From UHGV virus genome UHGV-0073938: a stretch of DNA of 16,304 nucleotides; one strand, given 5' to 3'. Source of the stretch: a virus. Positions within the stretch are counted from its first letter, which is position 1. Each line of letters opens with the position of its first letter. Below are positions 6,995 through 16,066 of the stretch, piece after piece. The notes under the pieces are model-generated. The model was not told where the DNA came from and searched no databases. It saw nothing but the letters and a program-made list of their open reading frames with translations. A program made the translations under genes and the position numbers.

Positions 6995-7981
6995 ATGGCT
7001 GTTAAAGGCTTAACTGCGCTAACGCTGGCTGACTGGGGTAAGCGCGTCGATCCAAACGGGAAAGTCGATAAGATTATCGAGCTTCTCGGTCAAACTAACC
7101 CGATCCTTCAGGATATGCCTTTTGTCGAAGGGAACCTTCCTACCGGACACCGAACCACCATTCGTTCTGGTTTACCTTCAGCTACCTGGCGTTTGCTGAA
7201 CTATGGCGTACAGCCAAGCAAATCAACCACAGTGCAGGTAACCGATTCCGTTGGCATGCTGGAAACCTATGCGGAAGTCGATAAGTCACTGGCTGATCTG
7301 AACGGCAATACCGCCGAATTCCGCCTTTCTGAAGACCGCGCATTTATTGAAGCGATGAATCAGCAGATGGCGCAGACGCTGTTTTATGGTGATTCCAGCG
7401 TTAACCCTCAGCAGTTTATGGGACTGTCCTCCCGCTATTCCAGCCTGTCTGCGGGTAATGCTCAGAACATCATTGATGCTGGTGGCACGGGTACAGATAA
7501 CACCTCAATCTGGTTAGTGGTGTGGGGCGAAAACACCGTGCATGGCATCTTCCCGAAAGGGCAGAAGGCTGGCATCCAGATGGAAGATAAAGGCCAGGTG
7601 ACACTGGAAGATGCTAATGGCGGCAAGTACGAAGGCTATCGCACCCATTACAAATGGGATAACGGACTTGCTCTGCGTGACTGGCGTTATGTTGTTCGCA
7701 TTGCAAACATCGATGTCAGCAATCTTTCAGAACCATCCTCTGCCGCAAATATTGCGAAGTTGATGGTTAAAGCACTACATCGCATTCCAAACCGTGGCAT
7801 GGGCCGCCCGGTGTTCTACATGAACCGCACTGTAGGCCAGGCTCTTGATCTGCAGTCTCTGGAGAAAACATCTCTGGCTATCAGCGTAAAAGAGACAGAA
7901 GGCGAGTGGTGGACTTCATTCCGTGGTGTACCAATCCGTGAAACTGATGCGCTTCTGGAAACAGAAGCCCGCGTGGTGTAA
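6995..7981 (+). CDS. major capsid protein
   Basis: About 330 aa ORF immediately after the scaffold-like gene. AGAGG at 6982-6986 is 8 nt from the ATG at 6995; the in-frame ATG at 6989 is too close to the RBS. Confidence 0.75.
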   Translation: MAVKGLTALTLADWGKRVDPNGKVDKIIELLGQTNPILQDMPFVEGNLPTGHRTTIRSGLPSATWRLLNYGVQPSKSTTVQVTDSVGMLETYAEVDKSLADLNGNTAEFRLSEDRAFIEAMNQQMAQTLFYGDSSVNPQQFMGLSSRYSSLSAGNAQNIIDAGGTGTDNTSIWLVVWGENTVHGIFPKGQKAGIQMEDKGQVTLEDANGGKYEGYRTHYKWDNGLALRDWRYVVRIANIDVSNLSEPSSAANIAKLMVKALHRIPNRGMGRPVFYMNRTVGQALDLQSLEKTSLAISVKETEGEWWTSFRGVPIRETDALLETEARVV

Positions 7982-7997
7982 CGCCTGTTATTAACCT

Positions 7998-8017
7998 GTG
8001 GGTCGTAACAGACCCAC
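7998..8017 (+). promoter_or_regulatory. intergenic stem-loop after the capsid gene (possible attenuator or processing site)
   Basis: GTGGGTC (7998-8004), loop GTAACA, GACCCAC (8011-8017). No T-run follows; the next RBS GGAG is at 8022-8025. Confidence 0.3.
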
Positions 8018-8032
8018 TAATGGAGAAAGAAG

Positions 8033-8470
8033 ATGATCACCGACAAACTGTTGATGTTCTCCGAAGCACAGGCGGTAACTGATACCGCGGCTTCTACTGA
8101 CGTAATCGATCTCGGTCCAATTGACGGAAAACGTCGTGATATCGGCGTTGGTTACCCGCTTGAGTTTTGGGCGCTGGTTAACACAGCCGCCGCGGCAAGC
8201 GGTGATGCAACTGTAAACATCCAGTTGCAGACGAGTGAAAATAACAGCTCATGGACCACTATTTATGATAGTGGCGCACTGGCAAAGACCGCCCTGACAG
8301 CAGGTAAACGAGTTGTTTCTGCAAAGGTGCCTGCCGGTGTTCAGCGATATCTGCGTGTTAACTACTCCGTCGCAACTGGCCCACTAACGGCTGGCGAATT
8401 CACTGCTGGTATCAGTCTTGATGTTGATGCCAATACGCCGTATCCGATCCGCTCAAAAGTAACTGGTTAA
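8033..8470 (+). CDS. hypothetical head-associated protein, 145 aa (possible capsid decoration/accessory protein)
   Basis: GGAG RBS 8 nt upstream of the ATG. Gly/Ala/Thr-rich composition. Position directly after the major capsid gene. Confidence 0.55.
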   Translation: MITDKLLMFSEAQAVTDTAASTDVIDLGPIDGKRRDIGVGYPLEFWALVNTAAAASGDATVNIQLQTSENNSSWTTIYDSGALAKTALTAGKRVVSAKVPAGVQRYLRVNYSVATGPLTAGEFTAGISLDVDANTPYPIRSKVTG

Positions 8471-8480
8471 GGTGATATCG

Positions 8481-8816
8481 ATGTCAGGTGAGAAACCAAG
8501 ATACCTCGTTCTGCGCCTCTCTCATATCCATAACACTCTGTGGCCGGAGGGGGCAGAAATCGAATACGAAGGTGAGCCTGGTAGCGCACTGGAACCTGTT
8601 AACGATGCAGCCAGACAGGCAAAAGCAAAAGTTGCAGGAAAGGTGTCAATGGCAGCAACCAGCACCAAAATCATCAACGATGTGTCAGATGATGGTGAAC
8701 TGGATAAGCTCCGTGAAGAGTACGAATTGCTCTTTAACGAGAAGCCACACCATAACGCTAAAGCCGAAACGCTCCGCGAGAAGATCGCAGATAAGCGTAA
8801 AGAACTAGGCGTGTAA
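8481..8816 (+). CDS. hypothetical protein, about 112 aa
   Basis: Track start at 8472 is GTG; the ATG at 8481 has AAGGTG 7 nt upstream. Followed by a strong terminator-like hairpin. Confidence 0.55.
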   Translation: MSGEKPRYLVLRLSHIHNTLWPEGAEIEYEGEPGSALEPVNDAARQAKAKVAGKVSMAATSTKIINDVSDDGELDKLREEYELLFNEKPHHNAKAETLREKIADKRKELGV

Positions 8817-8833
8817 GCCTCGCGAATCCGACA

Positions 8834-8854
8834 AGGGGCTTCGGCCCCTTTATT
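8834..8854 (+). terminator. intrinsic terminator inside the structural gene block
   Basis: AGGGGC (8834-8839), loop TTCG, GCCCCT (8844-8849), followed by TTTATT. Confidence 0.6.
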
Positions 8855-8866
8855 GCAGGAGTGTAT

Positions 8867-9190
8867 ATGGAACTCGTAAACCTCAAAACCGGCACTGACA
8901 GCTACCAGGATGAGAGCGGAGAAACCAGAACTCGCGATGAATACCCGTGGGGGCTGTGCATCACTCTTAATAACGACACATTGAATAAGCTGAAGGCGCA
9001 ACCTCAGGGCGTCGGAACAGAAGTGATGATAACTGCAAAAGCTGTTATTCGAGGCCTGTCTGCCAGAGAAACTGACGATGGTGTTAATCGCAGCGCCGAT
9101 CTGCAGATCACTGATATGGCGATCGCTCCTGTTTCCGGTGATGTAGAAAAATCAGCGGCTGAAACCCTCTACGGTAACGGGGGTGAGTGA
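8867..9190 (+). CDS. hypothetical protein, about 108 aa
   Basis: ATG at 8867 with AGGAG (8856-8860) upstream; the track start at 8861 is GTG. C-terminus SAAETLYGNGGE resembles the scaffold-like protein C-terminus. Confidence 0.55.
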   Translation: MELVNLKTGTDSYQDESGETRTRDEYPWGLCITLNNDTLNKLKAQPQGVGTEVMITAKAVIRGLSARETDDGVNRSADLQITDMAIAPVSGDVEKSAAETLYGNGGE

Positions 9191-9633
9191 TGGCCTCTGT
9201 AGTAGAGATCTGTAATCGTGCGCTGTCCAATATTGGCAACAGCCGCAGCATTAACAGCCTGACGGAAGCCAGCAAGGAAGCAGGGGAATGTTCGCTGCAC
9301 TTTGAGGCCTGCCGTGATGCTGTGCTTTCTGATTTTGACTGGAACTTTGCTACCAAACGCGTGGCGCTTGCAGATACGAACAATCCACCGCCTGACTGGG
9401 AATATGCGTACCAGTACCCGTCCGATTGTCTGCGCATTACTGAAATTATGCTTCCTGGTGTACGCAATCCAACAGCAGCAATGCGCGTTCAGTACGAAGT
9501 TGGTGCAGACACCAACGGAACAGGAAAGTTGATCTACACAGACCAGCCGCAGGTTAATGCTGAACAGGATATTTTATCTCCCCAGCCCAGCCGCAGGCAT
9601 GGCTCAAGTATGTCTCTCGCGTTTCAGATGTGA
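9190..9633 (+). CDS. tail tubular protein A-like (gp11-like), N-terminal part; gene appears interrupted by a frameshift
   Basis: ATG at 9190 overlaps the previous stop (TGATG). It lies directly upstream of the 823 aa gp12-sized gene. The last about 17 residues (PQPSRRHGSSMSLAFQM) look like out-of-frame translation. Similarity to T7 gp11 is from synteny and rough recollection only. Confidence 0.5.
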   Translation: MASVVEICNRALSNIGNSRSINSLTEASKEAGECSLHFEACRDAVLSDFDWNFATKRVALADTNNPPPDWEYAYQYPSDCLRITEIMLPGVRNPTAAMRVQYEVGADTNGTGKLIYTDQPQVNAEQDILSPQPSRRHGSSMSLAFQM

Positions 9634-9839
9634 ACATGTTTGATGCCATTTTTATGGAGGCGTTGGCCTGGCGTCTTGCGGCAGCTATTAACATGGCGCT
9701 GACTGGGAATGCAGACCTCGGTACGTTTGCCCTCAATATGTACAATCGCGTGATTCTTAGTGCTGGCTCGCATAGCCAGAATGAATCACAGGAACCACAG
9801 CCACCGGTTGATGAGTTTACCATTGCGAGGTTGTCCTGA
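9630..9839 (+). CDS. C-terminal continuation of the gp11-like gene in another frame
   Basis: This frame is open from 9564 and reads plausible protein (AWLKYVSRVSDVNMFDAIFMEALAWRLAAAINMAL...). No convincing RBS for an independent start. Stop overlaps the next ATG at 9839. Confidence 0.45.
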   Translation: MNMFDAIFMEALAWRLAAAINMALTGNADLGTFALNMYNRVILSAGSHSQNESQEPQPPVDEFTIARLS

Positions 9840-12310
9840 TGGCTATCAGTTGGATCCAGCCCAGCTTTGCCGGTGGTGAGATTGGACCGTCGTTGTACGG
9901 GCGTATTGACATGGCGAAGTACCAGGTGGCATTGCGCAAGTGCGATAACTTTATCGTGCGGCAGTATGGCGGCGTTGAGAATCGACCTGGTACGCGTTTT
10001 GTCGGTGCCGCCAAATACCCAAATCGGAAATGCCGCCTGATCCCGTTCCAGTTCTCGACGGTTCAGACCTATGCTCTGGAGTTCGGACACCAGTACATGC
10101 GCGTTATCAAAGATGGTGCGTTGGTGCTGAACAGCAGCAATGTTATTTATGAAATTGCCACGCCATATACTGAAGCCGATCTGTTCCGAATTAAATTCAC
10201 GCAAAGCGCCGACGTGCTTACGCTGGTTCATCCGGCATACCCGCCGAAAGAGTTGCGTCGCTATGCGCATGACAACTGGCAACTGGTTGATGTGGTAACG
10301 AAGAACGGGCCATTTGAAGATATCAATATTGACGAGTCAGTGACGGTTTATGCCAGCGCCAGCACCGGGACAATTACGTTAACGGCAAGCGCCTCTATTT
10401 TTGGCGCGGAGCAGGTAGGCAAATTGTTCTATCTGGAACAGCCTGCAGTGGATTCTGTGCCGGTATGGGAAACCAGTAAGAGTACGTCGATTGGCGATAT
10501 TCGCCGTGCAGACAGTAACTACTATCGCGCCGTTACAGCAGGCAAAACAGGTACTTTGCGCCCTTCGCATACAGAAGGCACATCATGGGATGGCTGGGGC
10601 GGATCCGGTGATGATGATACTGGCATTGAGTGGGAGTATCTGCACAGTGGTTTTGGCATTGCCAGTATAACTGCTGTAAATGGCACTACTGCAACTGCTG
10701 AGGTGATTTCCTATATCCCTTCGCAGGTCGTTGGCGAGGATAATGCCAGCTATAAATGGGCTAAATATGCCTGGAACAGTGTTAATGGTTATCCTGGCAC
10801 TGTTGTTTATTATCAACAGCGTCTTTACTTCGCCGCATCGACTGCGTTCCCTCAGACTATCTGGGCCAGCCGTACCGGGGATTATAAGGATTTTGGCAAA
10901 AGCAATCCTACGCAGGATGACGACAGAATTATCTACACCTATGCCGGGCGTCAGGTTAATGAGATCCGCCACCTGATTGATGTTGGTTCTCTGGTGGCGC
11001 TGACTTCCGGAGGTGAGTACGTCATCACCGGCGACCAGAACAAAGTGTTAACCCCATCATCATTTGCATTCAGCTCTCAGGGATCAAATGGCTCGAGCAA
11101 TGTCCCACCAATTGCCGTGGCGAATATTGCTCTGTTCGTCCAGGAGAAAGGCAGTGTTGTCCGTGATCTGGCCTACTCATTCGATGTTGACGGCTATCAG
11201 GGGAACGACCTTACTATCCTTGCCAATCATCTTTTTCAGAAGCACAGCATTGTTGACTGGTGCTTCTCGATTGTCCCTTACTCCAGTGCCTTCTGCATTC
11301 GTGATGACGGTAAATTACTGGTGATGACCTATTTGCGTGATCAGCAGGTTTTTGCATGGGCACCACAATCCAGTACCGGAAAATATGAAAGCACATGCAG
11401 TATCAGCGAAGGCAATGAAGATGCGGTGTATTTCGTCGTTAACAGAACCGTTAACGGGCAAACAGTGAGATACATCGAGAGACTGTCCAGCCGTTTATTT
11501 ACCAGCGATGAAGATGCTTTCTTTGTTGATTCTGGCCTTAGCTATGATGGAAGAAATACGTCTGACAGAACGATGACCATCACTGGTGGTTCTGGCGAAT
11601 GGGATTACCGCGCGGAATATACAATCAGTGTTTCTGGTGGTGCGTACTTCACCAGTAGTGATGTCGGTGCGCAACTACAGTTCCCTTATACCGGAACTGC
11701 TCCTGATACTGGCGATGAAGTGTCAAAAGAATTACGTTGCGACATTATTTCTGTAACCAGCAATACCGCTGTAGTGGTTCGTGCTAACAGGAACGTCCCG
11801 CCATCCCTCAGGAATGTGGCCACCACGAACTGGCAGATGGCGCGCCGGACATTTGGAGGCCTGTCTCATCTTGAAGGCCAGACCGTAAACATTCTCTCTG
11901 ATGCGAACGTGGAACCACAGAAAGTGGTTTCCGGAGGTGCCGTCACGCTGGAATCTCCGGGGGCTGTAGTGCACATCGGCCTGCCAATAACTGCTGAATT
12001 CGAAACACTGGATATCAACATTAACGGACAGGAAACGCTGCTGGACAAAAAACAGGTGATCCCCTCCGTTACTCTGGTTGTGAATGCCAGTCGCGGCATC
12101 TGGGCGACTACGCCCGGCGGTAAATGGTACGAATATCCACAGCGTGAATTCGAGTTCTACGATGATCCTGTTGATGATGCTACCGGAAAAGTAGAAGTGA
12201 AACTGGACAGTAACTGGGGCAAAAACGGGCGTGTAAAAATCCGTCAGCTTGACCCGTTGCCGCTGTCTGTTCTTGCCGTTATTCCTCGCCTTACTGTTGG
12301 GGGATTCTGA
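9839..12310 (+). CDS. large tail protein, tail tubular protein B-like (gp12-like), 823 aa
   Basis: Size and position match gp12 in the T7-type order. Coupled to flanking genes by overlapping stop/start at both ends. Confidence 0.55.
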   Translation: MAISWIQPSFAGGEIGPSLYGRIDMAKYQVALRKCDNFIVRQYGGVENRPGTRFVGAAKYPNRKCRLIPFQFSTVQTYALEFGHQYMRVIKDGALVLNSSNVIYEIATPYTEADLFRIKFTQSADVLTLVHPAYPPKELRRYAHDNWQLVDVVTKNGPFEDINIDESVTVYASASTGTITLTASASIFGAEQVGKLFYLEQPAVDSVPVWETSKSTSIGDIRRADSNYYRAVTAGKTGTLRPSHTEGTSWDGWGGSGDDDTGIEWEYLHSGFGIASITAVNGTTATAEVISYIPSQVVGEDNASYKWAKYAWNSVNGYPGTVVYYQQRLYFAASTAFPQTIWASRTGDYKDFGKSNPTQDDDRIIYTYAGRQVNEIRHLIDVGSLVALTSGGEYVITGDQNKVLTPSSFAFSSQGSNGSSNVPPIAVANIALFVQEKGSVVRDLAYSFDVDGYQGNDLTILANHLFQKHSIVDWCFSIVPYSSAFCIRDDGKLLVMTYLRDQQVFAWAPQSSTGKYESTCSISEGNEDAVYFVVNRTVNGQTVRYIERLSSRLFTSDEDAFFVDSGLSYDGRNTSDRTMTITGGSGEWDYRAEYTISVSGGAYFTSSDVGAQLQFPYTGTAPDTGDEVSKELRCDIISVTSNTAVVVRANRNVPPSLRNVATTNWQMARRTFGGLSHLEGQTVNILSDANVEPQKVVSGGAVTLESPGAVVHIGLPITAEFETLDININGQETLLDKKQVIPSVTLVVNASRGIWATTPGGKWYEYPQREFEFYDDPVDDATGKVEVKLDSNWGKNGRVKIRQLDPLPLSVLAVIPRLTVGGF

Positions 12311-12774
12311 TGATCGATGTTCAAATTATTCCCGCTACCGAAGAGCATCTTCAGATGATTTTGCCGGATGTTCGTCAGGCTGATATTGACGAACTGTATG
12401 CGGTATCGCTGATGACTACCGAAGATGCGCTGCGCGTTGGTCTTCGCACTGCGACTATGGCCTGGTCAGGATTTGCGAACGGAGAACTGGTAACCATGTT
12501 TGGCGTATCTCCGGCGTCAATGATCGGTGGCAATGGTACGCCCTGGCTGGTCGGAACCAGCCGTATCGAAAAATATCAGAAGACATTTCTTCGCCACTGC
12601 CGCCCTGTATTGCAGCAGATGCTGGCAGTTTATCCGCGCCTGGAAAACTATGTCGACGAGCGAAACCATGTTGCCAAAGCATGGCTGCACTGGCTTGGAT
12701 TCAGGCTTGAAGAAGCCGCGCCTTATGGTGCTCTTGGTCTTAATTTCCACAGATTTCACATGGAGAGAAAATAA
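12310..12774 (+). CDS. hypothetical virion assembly protein (gp13-like position), 154 aa
   Basis: Overlapping stop/start at both ends (TGATG at 12308-12312, TAATG at 12772-12776). Call is by synteny only. Confidence 0.5.
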   Translation: MIDVQIIPATEEHLQMILPDVRQADIDELYAVSLMTTEDALRVGLRTATMAWSGFANGELVTMFGVSPASMIGGNGTPWLVGTSRIEKYQKTFLRHCRPVLQQMLAVYPRLENYVDERNHVAKAWLHWLGFRLEEAAPYGALGLNFHRFHMERK

Positions 12775-13349
12775 TGTGCGATCCGGTTATTGCTGGTGGC
12801 GCAATGCTCGCCATGAGTGGCATTCAGGCATACACCCAGTACCAACAGGGAAAGTATGCCTCGAAGGTTGCAGAAGCGAACGCAGATATAGCCACAGCTC
12901 AGGCAAATGATGCAATAAACAGAGGTAACGCTGAAGCTGAGCAACGGCGCAGAGAGACCCGACAGCGGCTTGGGACACAGGCGGCGACAATGGGGGCTAC
13001 CGGCGCTGATTTATCTACAGGTAACGCGCTGGATATATTTGGCGACACTGCCCAGTTTGGCGCTCTTGATTCGCTGACGACGGTGAATAACGCGCAACGC
13101 GAGGCTTACGGTTATCAGGTTCAGGCTGCCAACTATAAAGCAGAAGCCAGTTCAGCCCGTAAACAGGGGAATATGGGAGCAGCAACAACATTGCTCACTG
13201 CGCCTCTGAAGGCATACGGTGCGTACCAGATGTTTGGTGGGACGTGGAGTCCGTTCTCTAAAGGAAGTGCATCTGGTGGTGGAACGCCAATGTTATCTAA
13301 CTCAGGTTTTATGAATTCTGACTCCCGATTCAAAATAGGAGGTTACTGA
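12774..13349 (+). CDS. internal virion protein (gp14-like position), 191 aa
   Basis: Ala/Gly/Gln-rich sequence with a hydrophobic N-terminal segment; size close to T7 gp14. Stop overlaps the next start (TGATG). Confidence 0.5.
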   Translation: MCDPVIAGGAMLAMSGIQAYTQYQQGKYASKVAEANADIATAQANDAINRGNAEAEQRRRETRQRLGTQAATMGATGADLSTGNALDIFGDTAQFGALDSLTTVNNAQREAYGYQVQAANYKAEASSARKQGNMGAATTLLTAPLKAYGAYQMFGGTWSPFSKGSASGGGTPMLSNSGFMNSDSRFKIGGY

Positions 13350-16066
13350 TGCCTGTTGTTCCTACTACATCCGGACGCCAGGTGCAAAGTCGTGGTGTGC
13401 AAACCGGTGGTTTTCAGACCTTCGATGTTCCTCAAGCAGGTCAGGTGCTGGCGAATGTCGCAGATCAGTATGCGGTGGCATATGGTGAAGCCAGGCAGAA
13501 AGCGAATGTTGCATTGTCTCAGGATGCCATCCTTCAGCTTAATCAGCGCAGCAATGAACGTCTTTATAACCCTCAAACCGGTTTTTATGCACAACAAGGC
13601 AAAAATGCGATTGGTAAGGGGCAAGAGTACATATCTGGATTTGATCAGGATGTGGAAGAAATAGCTGCTTCATTGACTGATGAAGCAGCAAGAAATATGT
13701 TTTTGCAACAAGCCAGAACACAGAAAATTCAGTTCAGTACTGGAGTTCTCAGACATGAGATAGGGCAGACAAATGCCTATGAAGATGAGCAATATCAGGC
13801 AACGAGAAAATTATGGATACAAAATGAAGCGGATGCCTGGAATGACCCGCAAACTGCCACTTTAGCCAGAAATTCCAGAATGGTAGCCATTGCCAGATAT
13901 GGAGCTGCCAGGGGATGGTCACAAGAACGCATTCTGGAAGAAATAGAAAGTGATGATCGCAGTGCCACAGAAATGCGGGCGAAGAATTATGCCGCTGCTA
14001 ATCCGGAAGGATGGCTAAATGGTCTGTTTCAGAAAAATGATTCTGTAGGCATGGACATGCGTGCCATACGCCTTGTTGAATCAGGTGATCGTCATTTTAA
14101 TCCTGATGGTAGTATTCTTGAAGGACCGAAAACATCTTCTGGAGAGAGGGCCCAGGGGAAATACCAGTTAATGCCGGGCACAGGGAAAGAACTGGCGGCC
14201 AAGCGTGGCGTTGAATACAACCCTACGGACGAACAACAGCATGAAATGCTTGCCAGTGACTATGTAAATCAACTGTATGGTAAGTACGGCTCAGAAATAT
14301 TGACCGGAGCAGCATATAACTGGGGGATGGGTAACGTGGATAAACTGATCGCCAAAGTCGGTGATCCACGTAAAGGTGAAATATCAGAAGAAGAATTTAT
14401 CCGAAATCTTCCATCAGAAACACAAGGGTGGCTTTCCCGATATAGAAAAAATAAAACTGGAATGGATCCGCTGACTATTTATCAAATAGATAACCTTGCT
14501 AATAGTCAGATAGAAAAGCAAAGGAAGTTAATATTAGAACAGCTTGAGCCAGCTATTAATAACACCATGGCCCAGCTATATAACGGTGAGGTTCCAGATT
14601 ATATACCGGCTCAGGAGACCATCATCAGGGGGTATGGAAAAAACGCAGATAAAATAATCAATCAACTGGATATAGCGATTGATAACGCGAGAATATTCCA
14701 GGCAATTCAGTATTTGCCTCCTTCTCAGCAGCAAGAAGAAATGCAGAAAGTGAAGCCTGAGGTTAACGATCCTCACTATGCGTTAAAACTCGATGCTTAC
14801 GGAAAATTGTCTGCATTGCTTCAGAGATCAAATGAAGCAATTCAGGCGCAACGGGATTCACGCAGATTCAATGAGGCGCTGACAATAGGTGAAAAATTAG
14901 ACCCAAGCAACAAGTCAATGCAGAAAGCTGCTGATTACACAGAAATGGCGCAGAACTTTCGTATTAATGATGCCTCCACTCATGATGGGGTTGTTCGGCT
15001 TGTGGCTCAGACTGGCATAATGCCTTCGCAGGTCATCACGCAGCTTTCAGCAGTATCCCGATCCAGTAATCAGGAAGTGGTTAAAAATGCAGCGGAGCTG
15101 TTTAGTCGGTTATATGAAACAGACAATGCATCTATTGGAAATATGCCGAAGGATATGCAGGGTTTTTATCTGACTGTTAAGCAACTAACTGATTCTGGCA
15201 TGTCTGCTGATGCGGCTATCGAGCAGGCGCAGAACCTGACATACAACCAGACCGATGCTCTTAAAGCTCAATTGGCATCAACGCAGAGTTCAAAAGAGTA
15301 CAAAAATGATCGCAGCAAGGCGATGAATTCTGCTGTCAGCAATATGGCGCAGTGGTTCCGTTGGGATCCTTCTGCGGATGACCAGACGCCGGAAGCAGCT
15401 AGATTCCGTAATGACTATCAGACGCTGTATGACATTAACTACCGCGTTGCTGGTGGTAACGCTGACGTAGCGAAGCAAATGACCAACCAGCAGATAGCCC
15501 GCACCTGGAGTATCAGCGAGGTTAACGGAGATGCACAGTTTATGAAATATGCACCGGAGGCGCTTTATCAATATGGGCCGTCAGGCTGGCAGGCGGCGCA
15601 GTGGAAAGCTGAAAAAGAACGGCTGATGTACGGTGAGCGCAAAGAGATTATAACAACCAGTCCGACGTTGCTTGGGATCACGTCAGGTAATGCTCCTGTA
15701 GTTGAGACAAAAACCCCTGAGAGTCGTATTAATGGAGAATTATTCATAACCCCTGACGTGTTAACACCCCGTAATGGTGATTACGCCATTATGGTAAGAA
15801 CTAAGGATGAAAATGGCATCGATCGGGTCCAGCCGTTTTATAACAAACATGGGCGTCCTATGCGTTGGGAACCATCACTAGCAGATTGGGAACCTTATAA
15901 GAAAATGCAGCAGGAACGGGAGCAGTACGAGCAGGAAGAAATTATGCGTGGACAGGCTATACGAAACTTCAAAGACAAGCATCGCGCTCTGGATGAGCAG
16001 TATCAGCGCCTGCATAACGAACGTATGGACAAATTTAAAGATTACTTTTCGTGGGGATCTAAATAA
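13349..16066 (+). CDS. internal virion/ejection protein with lytic transglycosylase (SLT-like) domain, 905 aa
   Basis: AGGAGG RBS at 13336-13341. Residues about 235-335 (nt about 14050-14350) carry SLT-like motifs: LVESGD (candidate catalytic Glu-Ser), GKYQLMPGTG (GLMQ-like) and AAYNWGMGN (AYNxG-like). Confidence 0.75.
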   Translation: MPVVPTTSGRQVQSRGVQTGGFQTFDVPQAGQVLANVADQYAVAYGEARQKANVALSQDAILQLNQRSNERLYNPQTGFYAQQGKNAIGKGQEYISGFDQDVEEIAASLTDEAARNMFLQQARTQKIQFSTGVLRHEIGQTNAYEDEQYQATRKLWIQNEADAWNDPQTATLARNSRMVAIARYGAARGWSQERILEEIESDDRSATEMRAKNYAAANPEGWLNGLFQKNDSVGMDMRAIRLVESGDRHFNPDGSILEGPKTSSGERAQGKYQLMPGTGKELAAKRGVEYNPTDEQQHEMLASDYVNQLYGKYGSEILTGAAYNWGMGNVDKLIAKVGDPRKGEISEEEFIRNLPSETQGWLSRYRKNKTGMDPLTIYQIDNLANSQIEKQRKLILEQLEPAINNTMAQLYNGEVPDYIPAQETIIRGYGKNADKIINQLDIAIDNARIFQAIQYLPPSQQQEEMQKVKPEVNDPHYALKLDAYGKLSALLQRSNEAIQAQRDSRRFNEALTIGEKLDPSNKSMQKAADYTEMAQNFRINDASTHDGVVRLVAQTGIMPSQVITQLSAVSRSSNQEVVKNAAELFSRLYETDNASIGNMPKDMQGFYLTVKQLTDSGMSADAAIEQAQNLTYNQTDALKAQLASTQSSKEYKNDRSKAMNSAVSNMAQWFRWDPSADDQTPEAARFRNDYQTLYDINYRVAGGNADVAKQMTNQQIARTWSISEVNGDAQFMKYAPEALYQYGPSGWQAAQWKAEKERLMYGERKEIITTSPTLLGITSGNAPVVETKTPESRINGELFITPDVLTPRNGDYAIMVRTKDENGIDRVQPFYNKHGRPMRWEPSLADWEPYKKMQQEREQYEQEEIMRGQAIRNFKDKHRALDEQYQRLHNERMDKFKDYFSWGSK

